18,159 nt of DNA from contig CAYZJZ010000009.1 in NCBI GenBank assembly GCA_964478905.1, forward strand, positions 1 through 18,159, in the 5' to 3' direction. Shown here one piece after another: positions 1 through 5,607 of this stretch. This stretch comes from an uncultured Eubacteriales bacterium (lineage in GTDB: Bacteria > Bacillota > Clostridia > TANB77 > RGIG9151). Each line of letters starts with the position of its first letter. The stretch's first letter is position 1. Made by a program: the position numbers and the translations under genes. The notes under the pieces are model-generated. The model searched no databases. It was not told the origin of the DNA and saw nothing but the letters and a program-made list of their open reading frames with translations.

Positions 1-26
1 TTTTACTTTATTATTTTTGTAGTTTA

Positions 27-35
27 TGGTAGAAT
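27..35 (+). promoter_or_regulatory. Possible extended -10 promoter (TGgTAGAAT) for the methyltransferase/U32 operon
   Basis: TGGTAGAAT lies about 39 nt upstream of ATG 74. No convincing -35 is visible and the window starts too close to judge. Confidence 0.25.
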
Positions 36-73
36 AGTAAAGGAATTTAGATTATTTAGTAGAGAGTGATAAT

Positions 74-652
74 ATGTTAGATGAAATGCGACTTTTTGCC
101 AGAGAGAGTTGGATTCCTGTTATTTTGGATGATTCTTTGGCATATATAGAGGATATTCTTAGTAAAAAGAACATTGAAAATATACTTGAAATAGGTACGG
201 CGATAGGTTATTCGTCTATATGTTTTTCTAAGTTTTTGAACGAAAATGGGAAAATTGATACTATCGAGATTGATAAACAAAGAATAATGCTTGCTAAGGC
301 GAATATTGAGATGTATAAGCTTAATGATAAAATCAATATAATTGAGGGAGACGCTATTAAAATGCTTCCTAGATTAAATAAAAAATATGATTTTATATTT
401 ATTGACGGTCCAAAAAGTCATTACATAGAGTATTTACCGATTTGTTTAGAATTGTTAAATGATGATGGAGTAATTATTGCGGATAATGTTAATTATAAAG
501 GTATGGTAAAAGGCGAGGAAAAGGTAAAACATAAGCAACGTACTGCTGTTAACAGGTTGCGTGAGTTTATAGATGTGGTTAAGAATGATCCTAAATTAAA
601 TAATGATTTAGTAGATGTTGGTGATGGAATTTTAATTATAACTAAAAAATAG
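74..652 (+). CDS. trmR: Class I SAM-dependent O-methyltransferase, YrrM/TrmR-like (tRNA ho5U methyltransferase family)
   Basis: SAM-binding motif ILEIGTAIGYSSI, then DFIFIDGPK and a C-terminal VGDGILIITKK, closely resembling B. subtilis YrrM. Sits directly upstream of a U32 peptidase, as in the yrrM-yrrN-yrrO locus. Confidence 0.8.
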   Translation: MLDEMRLFARESWIPVILDDSLAYIEDILSKKNIENILEIGTAIGYSSICFSKFLNENGKIDTIEIDKQRIMLAKANIEMYKLNDKINIIEGDAIKMLPRLNKKYDFIFIDGPKSHYIEYLPICLELLNDDGVIIADNVNYKGMVKGEEKVKHKQRTAVNRLREFIDVVKNDPKLNNDLVDVGDGILIITKK

Positions 653-666
653 AAGGAGAATGTATT

Positions 667-1899
667 ATGAAAAAACCAGAGTTACTTGCTCCGGCGGGTA
701 CATATGAAAGAGCTAAAATTGCGTATTTATACGGAGCAGATGCTGTATATGCGGGAACTGCTGATTTATCTTTGAGAACTAGAGTTAACATCAACAATGA
801 CGAATTTGTTAAAATTGTTGAACTTGCTAAGAAGATGAATAAAAAGATTTATGCTGCTATGAATATATATGCGTTTGATAAAGATTATGAGAAGGTTAAA
901 ACTCAAGCCAGGATTTTAAATGATATGGGTGTAGATGCTGTTATTGTGAGTGATGGTGGAGTTTTGGATATTGTTCGAGAATACGCTCCTAATGTAGATG
1001 TTCATATTAGTACACAGGCTAATACTGTAAGCTTGGGAACTTGTGAATTTTGGAGAAGGAATGGAGCTAAGAGAGTCATTTTAGCACGTGAACTTTCCAG
1101 AGAAAAAATTAAGTATATGATGGAGAATAAGTCGCCGGATCTTGAGCTTGAAATGTTTGTTCACGGTGCGGTTTGTGTTGGCTATTCCGGAAGATGTATT
1201 TTGAGTAATTATTTAATAGGACGAGCTTCTAATCAAGGAGACTGTGCACAACCGTGTAGGTGGAATTATAATGTCTACATTGAAGAAAAAAATAATCCTG
1301 GGAAATTACTTCCTGTTCAAGAGGATCAAAGAGGTACATATTTACTTTCTGCTAAGGATTTATGCTTAATTAATAGAATACCTGAAATTGTGGATATGGG
1401 AGTTGAAAGCTTAAAAATTGAGGGAAGGCTTAAGACTGAATATTATCTTGCTACTGTTGTTAATGCGTATAGGTGTGCAATTGATGATTATTTGGAGAAT
1501 AAAAATTCTTGGGAGCCTACAAAGTACCAAGTCGAGCTTGATAAGGCTATGAGTAGAAAATATAGTGAGTTATTTTATGATAGGGAAGATAACAAAGATA
1601 TTCAAAATTATGACGATGACGGAAGAAGTACTGTTCCGTATGAATATGGTGCGAAAGTTTTAGAGAAAAAAGATGATTTGTCTATTGTAGAGGTTAGAAA
1701 TAAGATACAAGTTGGATCTGAATATGAGATGATAGTTCCGGGTAAAATTACGCCTGAGATTATTACCGTCAGTGAATTGTACGATATTGAGACGAATGAG
1801 AAAATTGATGTTGTAAATCCGGGAAAAGCTGATCAAAAAGTTCTAATGAAGTTACCGGATAGTGCCGAAAATAATTATATAATTCGTGGAAGAAAGTAA
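667..1899 (+). CDS. Peptidase U32 family protein (YrrO/TrhP-type, tRNA U34 hydroxylation)
   Basis: N-terminal KPELLAPAG and the U32 signature E-x-F-V-H-G-A-x-C-x-x-Y-S-G-R-C (LEMFVHGAVCVGYSGRCILSNY). GAAGGAGAA RBS 7 nt before the ATG. Synteny with trmR. Confidence 0.85.
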   Translation: MKKPELLAPAGTYERAKIAYLYGADAVYAGTADLSLRTRVNINNDEFVKIVELAKKMNKKIYAAMNIYAFDKDYEKVKTQARILNDMGVDAVIVSDGGVLDIVREYAPNVDVHISTQANTVSLGTCEFWRRNGAKRVILARELSREKIKYMMENKSPDLELEMFVHGAVCVGYSGRCILSNYLIGRASNQGDCAQPCRWNYNVYIEEKNNPGKLLPVQEDQRGTYLLSAKDLCLINRIPEIVDMGVESLKIEGRLKTEYYLATVVNAYRCAIDDYLENKNSWEPTKYQVELDKAMSRKYSELFYDREDNKDIQNYDDDGRSTVPYEYGAKVLEKKDDLSIVEVRNKIQVGSEYEMIVPGKITPEIITVSELYDIETNEKIDVVNPGKADQKVLMKLPDSAENNYIIRGRK

Positions 1900-1913
1900 T
1901 ATTGGAGGGTACT

Positions 1914-3074
1914 ATGAAGTTTAACAAAAGAAAATTTTTCAAGAATATGTTTTTACTTGTTTTATTTATATGTCTAGTAGTTTGTGGAGTTTATTTATGG
2001 AAAACTCCTGAGGCGAGAGAGAATATTTATGAGTATTATTCTGAGCTACTTTTAAGTTTTTCTGAGGATGAGGTTATAGATGTAACTGAGGCGTTTACTC
2101 TTTCTTATGATCCGGCTATTCAGACTTCAATAGTTCCGGGAAAAGACGGGATGTTGGTTATAAATAAAAATGGTATTTCTGAATATACTTCTACAAAAAA
2201 TCCGGTTTGGGTTAAAGATATGAATATATCTAATCCTATTATTGATGCTAATAATAATAGGTTTGTTATTGCGGAGTCCGGTGGAAAGAAAATTATGTCT
2301 TTTCAAAATAGGACTATGCTTTGGGAACTTGAATTGCCAAATGAGATAAAGAAAGTTGTAATTAATAAAGATGGGTATGTTGGCGTTGTGTTTTCTCAAG
2401 TTGGCTATAAGAGCGGATTTTTATTTTTAGATCCGGCCGGTAAAGAGATTTTTAGAAAAATATTTGCTAATACGAATTTAGTGGATGTGGATATATCGCC
2501 AAAAGGCGATAAGGTCGCTATGATTGAGGCTGATGTAAGTACTTCTACCATTAATTCTGCTATTTCTTTTATGTCATCAAATGGCCAAGTTGTATATTCT
2601 GAAATTGAAGATGATGTTTTAATGTCAGGTATAAGATTTGTGGATAATTCTAATGTTTTTGCTGTTGGCGATAGCCGTCTTGTAAAAATAGATAAGAATT
2701 ATGGCCGAACTGTTTTTGATGATTTCTCTGAGAAGATAGTTTCCGGAATTAATCTTGAAAATGAGGGGAAAATTATAGAGACATACAGAGCTTCCGGCAG
2801 TATATTTGCTAATAAGTCTACAATAGATATTTTTAATGTTAATAATAAGAAAACGGGAACCGGAGAAGTTGCCGGAGTTGTGAAGGCTATTGAGAGTTCA
2901 GGCAAAACGATTGCTGTAATTTTAGCGGATAGAGTGGACTTCTTTGATGTGAGTGGAAAGTACTTGAATACGCTTAATATTTCCGGAAAATATAAATCAC
3001 TTAAACTGTATAATAATGGTAATTATGCTTGTATAGATTTGACAGATGTGCTTAGGTTTGTGAAGATAAGATAA
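1914..3074 (+). CDS. Membrane-anchored hypothetical protein, repetitive beta-rich ectodomain (DUF5711-like, beta-propeller-like)
   Basis: KRK-rich N-terminus followed by a TM helix (FLLVLFICLVVCGVYLW), then about 350 aa of repeated beta-strand-like segments. GGAGGG at 1904-1909 favours ATG 1914 over the TTG at 1902 in the ORF track. The family name is from memory only. Confidence 0.6.
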   Translation: MKFNKRKFFKNMFLLVLFICLVVCGVYLWKTPEARENIYEYYSELLLSFSEDEVIDVTEAFTLSYDPAIQTSIVPGKDGMLVINKNGISEYTSTKNPVWVKDMNISNPIIDANNNRFVIAESGGKKIMSFQNRTMLWELELPNEIKKVVINKDGYVGVVFSQVGYKSGFLFLDPAGKEIFRKIFANTNLVDVDISPKGDKVAMIEADVSTSTINSAISFMSSNGQVVYSEIEDDVLMSGIRFVDNSNVFAVGDSRLVKIDKNYGRTVFDDFSEKIVSGINLENEGKIIETYRASGSIFANKSTIDIFNVNNKKTGTGEVAGVVKAIESSGKTIAVILADRVDFFDVSGKYLNTLNISGKYKSLKLYNNGNYACIDLTDVLRFVKIR

Positions 3075-3095
3075 GTAAAGGGTTGAGTGTGAAAT

Positions 3096-3704
3096 ATGTC
3101 ATTTTCAGCTGAAATAAAGGAAGAACTTAGTGAGTTAAAAAGTTTAAAAGATGAGAAAAAAGACTTTCTTAGGAGAGTCTTTTTGTTAGATGGTTATATT
3201 GCTAATCCGGAGAAGGAATACCATTTAGAAATTTTAACTGATGAGAAGGCTTTGGCGGATATTATATGTGAAATATTAAAAGAATACAATATAACGGCAA
3301 AGGTTATTGAGAAAAAATATAAATTTGCGACTTATGTAAAAGAGGCTGACAGCATTGCTTTATTTTTAAATATAATTGGAGCACATAAGGCATTATTTAA
3401 ATTTGAAGACGCAAAAGTTGTTCATGAAATGAATAATCAGATTAACAGAATGGTTAATTGTGAAACGGCGAACTTATCTAAAATTGTAAATACTGCTGTT
3501 AGACAAATTGAGGCTATAAAGAAAATTGAAAGCGAAATTGGTTTTAGTAATTTACCGGATGGCTTGAAGGAAATTGCTGAGTTAAGATTAAAAAATCCGG
3601 AGATAAGTTTAATGGAATTAGGGAAACTTCTTAATCCTCCGCTTGGTAAATCTGGAGTTAATCATAGACTTAAGAAGTTAGAAGATATTGCGAATGGTTT
3701 ATAG
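3096..3704 (+). CDS. whiA: WhiA-family DNA-binding protein, truncated architecture (202 aa versus about 315 aa typical)
   Basis: MSFSAEIKEEL N-terminus, NPEKEYHLEI, FLNIIGAHKALFKFED, RMVNCETANLSKIV and a C-terminal HTH (KSGVNHRLKKLEDIA) all match WhiA motifs. About 110 aa corresponding to the first LAGLIDADG-like domain are absent. Confidence 0.8.
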   Translation: MSFSAEIKEELSELKSLKDEKKDFLRRVFLLDGYIANPEKEYHLEILTDEKALADIICEILKEYNITAKVIEKKYKFATYVKEADSIALFLNIIGAHKALFKFEDAKVVHEMNNQINRMVNCETANLSKIVNTAVRQIEAIKKIESEIGFSNLPDGLKEIAELRLKNPEISLMELGKLLNPPLGKSGVNHRLKKLEDIANGL

Positions 3705-3724
3705 TGTGTTGAGGAGGTTTTTTC

Positions 3725-4648
3725 TTGGATAAAAAAAGGTTAGTAATTCCAATAATATTTTTATTTATATGTATATTTCTTGTCGAGGTAGTTTCATATA
3801 AGAAAGAAAAATATGAAATGTCTCCGACTTTAAATATTTTAATGATGCATGTGGTATGCGATGAGATGCCGGAAGATAAGTCTTTATCCGGTTTATATAT
3901 AACTAAAGATATGTTGGAAGAATATTTAAAGTACTTTAGCGATAAGAATTATAAGGTTGTAACATTAGAGGAAGCGTATAATATTTTAAAAAATGATGTT
4001 AATGTAGATAATAATAAATTGCTTGTTTATACATTTGATGACGGATATATGGATAACTATACAAAAGGCTTTCCTATCCTAAAAAAATATAATACAAAAT
4101 TTAATTTAAATGTTATCGCAAGATATACTGATGAAAAATATGATAACTATTTAACTTGGGAGCAAATAAATAAAATGAGTGAGTCTGGGTTAATGGAACT
4201 TGGCAATCATACTTATGATTCTCATGTATATATTGAGGATTACAAGGGAGATAGTGTACCTATTTTAAAAGCACGTCTTTCTGATGAAACAGAAGAAGAA
4301 AGAGAAGAAAGAATTCTTTCAGATTTAACTAAAGCAGATGAGTATATTAGTTTTAGAGGTAATAATGGTAAAAAAATTAATGTAATGGCATACCCTTACG
4401 GCGTACCGCCGAAGGATATGCAAGAGGAAATAAGAGATAACTTAAATTATTATATAGAACTTATGGTTACAGAAGGGGTAAACAGAAATATTAATGATTT
4501 TAAAGGGCTTAACAGATTGGCGGTTAATGGACTTGAAACACCTGAAAAGTTAGAGCAAAGAATGGAATTTTATAAGGGAATGAATTTCCTTAATAAAAAG
4601 AGCAGATCTTTGCGCGAACTTATAAAATCATTAATTAATCTTGATTAG
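3725..4648 (+). CDS. Polysaccharide deacetylase (NodB/CE4) family protein, membrane-anchored
   Basis: N-terminal TM helix, NodB motif 1 (YTFDDGYMDNY) and a His motif (GNHTYDSH). TTG start at 3725 is preceded by GAGGAGG (3711-3717) with a 7-nt spacer. Confidence 0.8.
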   Translation: MDKKRLVIPIIFLFICIFLVEVVSYKKEKYEMSPTLNILMMHVVCDEMPEDKSLSGLYITKDMLEEYLKYFSDKNYKVVTLEEAYNILKNDVNVDNNKLLVYTFDDGYMDNYTKGFPILKKYNTKFNLNVIARYTDEKYDNYLTWEQINKMSESGLMELGNHTYDSHVYIEDYKGDSVPILKARLSDETEEEREERILSDLTKADEYISFRGNNGKKINVMAYPYGVPPKDMQEEIRDNLNYYIELMVTEGVNRNINDFKGLNRLAVNGLETPEKLEQRMEFYKGMNFLNKKSRSLRELIKSLINLD

Positions 4649-4921
4649 AAGTTCTTGGCCAACTTGGATATTGGAGCTAATTTTATTTAGCTCTTTTATT
4701 TCGTCTATTTTATTTCTTATATCTATATTATCGTAGTTATATGTACGAGCTATATTCCAAAGCGTATCGCCTTTAGAAACGATTATCGTAGCGTATTCCG
4801 GAATATTACTACCGGAAGCAGAGTCGTGGAAAATTAGTACAAAAGCTATAGATAAAACTAGTACAAAAGCAATTGAAAATAATAATCTTAATGGATTTTT
4901 TAAATATAATTTTTTAGACAT
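4631..4921 (-). CDS. yneA: LysM-domain membrane protein, YneA-like SOS cell-division inhibitor
   Basis: TM helix followed by a LysM domain (YATIIVSKGDTLWNIARTY...IQVGQELLIKI), the same size and layout as B. subtilis YneA. Two LexA boxes lie in its promoter. The SD (AGGAG, 4930-4934) is 8 nt from the second ATG (4921) but only 2 nt from the ATG at 4927 used by the ORF track. Confidence 0.75.
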   Translation of the reverse strand: MSKKLYLKNPLRLLFSIAFVLVLSIAFVLIFHDSASGSNIPEYATIIVSKGDTLWNIARTYNYDNIDIRNKIDEIKELNKISSNIQVGQELLIKIN

Positions 4922-4937
4922 ATTCATCTCTCCTTTG

Positions 4938-4951
4938 CGAACAACCGTTCT
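4938..4951 (-). promoter_or_regulatory. LexA operator (Cheo box) 1: CGAACAACCGTTCT
   Basis: GAAC-N4-GTTC core matches the Gram-positive SOS box consensus CGAACRNRYGTTYC. It lies between the -10 and the RBS of the yneA-like gene. Confidence 0.8.
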
Positions 4952-4957
4952 GGATAT

Positions 4958-4986
4958 ATATTATACGAACATTGTTTCGGTGTCAA
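4958..4986 (-). promoter_or_regulatory. SigA-type promoter of the yneA-like gene (minus strand TTGACA ... TATAAT/TAATAT)
   Basis: Plus-strand tgtcaa at 4981-4986 is TTGACA on the minus strand. Plus-strand attata at 4960-4965 is TATAAT (15-nt spacer), or TAATAT at 4958-4963 (17-nt spacer). Confidence 0.65.
4966..4979 (-). promoter_or_regulatory. LexA operator (Cheo box) 2: CGAACATTGTTTCG
   Basis: One mismatch to the palindromic consensus CGAACATATGTTCG. It occupies the -35/-10 spacer. Confidence 0.7.
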
Positions 4987-4994
4987 GAGAAAAA

Positions 4995-5008
4995 CGAAAA
5001 TTTTTTCG
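4995..5008. promoter_or_regulatory. 14-bp palindrome CGAAAATTTTTTCG upstream of the yneA-like -35
   Basis: Perfect dyad located 8 nt beyond the -35. It has the same form and position as the palindrome upstream of recA (11541-11554). Confidence 0.45.
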
Positions 5009-5029
5009 GAAAATATTTGCTAGTTAGAC

Positions 5030-5107
5030 TTGATCAAGAAAATAATAATATGTATAAGTTTAATAATGTTGATACTTACCGGATGCGGAGAAGAGGTAAA
5101 CCAGTAG
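5030..5107 (+). other. 25-codon mini-ORF encoding only a lipoprotein signal peptide plus 6 residues (probable gene remnant)
   Basis: The TTG-initiated frame reads MIKKIIICISLIMLILTGCGEEVNQ*: a KK n-region, a hydrophobic core, lipobox L-T-G-C, then a stop 6 codons after Cys. No SD is visible. Confidence 0.3.
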
Positions 5108-5146
5108 GAACTTATAACTGAATATGTTAAAAGTTACATAGTGTTT

Positions 5147-5192
5147 GCAAAAAAATGCTAATTATCACATTTTAGGATAATTAGCATTTTTA
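5147..5192. terminator. Bidirectional rho-independent terminator
   Basis: Perfect inverted repeat AAAAATGCTAATTATC (5151-5166) / GATAATTAGCATTTTT (5176-5191) with a 9-nt loop and A/T tracts on both sides. It lies 7 nt after the stop of the 77-aa minus-strand gene. Confidence 0.8.
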
Positions 5193-5198
5193 ATGTAC

Positions 5199-5432
5199 TT
5201 ACTTATTAGGTTGACGGAACGCTTTAAAGCGTAGGTACTTAGTATGATTTTGTCTAAATCTTTTATCTGTCGTCATTTTCCTTTTGTATTGTTTATAAAA
5301 ATTAGTTTCTTTTTTAAAATGTGCTTTCATTCTAGGGCATATTGTGACATAGAAACTGGGTGAGAGATAAATCGAATAAATACTAAGAGAACTAGAGTAG
5401 ATGGATGAGTAGAATACCATAGAAGCTGTCAT
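5199..5432 (-). CDS. Orphan small protein (77 aa): Ser/Tyr-rich hydrophobic N-half, highly basic C-half
   Basis: AGGAGG (5441-5446, minus) sits 8 nt before the ATG. A consensus-like promoter lies upstream and a strong terminator downstream. I recognise no family. Confidence 0.55.
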   Translation of the reverse strand: MTASMVFYSSIYSSSLSIYSIYLSPSFYVTICPRMKAHFKKETNFYKQYKRKMTTDKRFRQNHTKYLRFKAFRQPNK

Positions 5433-5488
5433 TTTTTGTTCCTCCTTATAAATAGAAAAAGAGTAAATATATTATTGTTACCTTTCTT

Positions 5489-5517
5489 ATTATAACATGT
5501 ATTTATTTTTTTGTAAA
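5489..5517 (-). promoter_or_regulatory. SigA-type promoter for the 77-aa gene (TTTACA-17-TGtTATAAT on minus strand)
   Basis: Plus-strand tgtaaa at 5512-5517 is TTTACA. The spacer is 17 nt. Plus-strand attata at 5489-5494 is TATAAT, preceded by a TGT extended -10. Confidence 0.65.
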
Positions 5518-5533
5518 TAATATAAAAAAACTA

Positions 5534-5560
5534 TTAAGTTTATAATTTTAAAGCCGATAT
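5534..5560 (+). promoter_or_regulatory. SigD/sigma-28-type promoter candidate upstream of fliK
   Basis: Exact GCCGATAT at 5553-5560, matching the B. subtilis SigD -10 consensus. An imperfect -35 (TTAA/TAAG versus TAAA) lies 14-15 nt upstream. The site is 48 nt before the fliK ATG. Confidence 0.55.
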
Positions 5561-5607
5561 GTGTAGAGTAAGAAGGAAGTATAAATTTTTGGAAGGTGGT
5601 GATAGGT

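Noticed and set aside
5050-5121. 23-codon ATG ORF (MYKFNNVDTYRMRRRGKPVGTYN)
   Set aside because: It has no RBS and no recognisable features. It overlaps, in another frame, the more interpretable lipoprotein-signal remnant.
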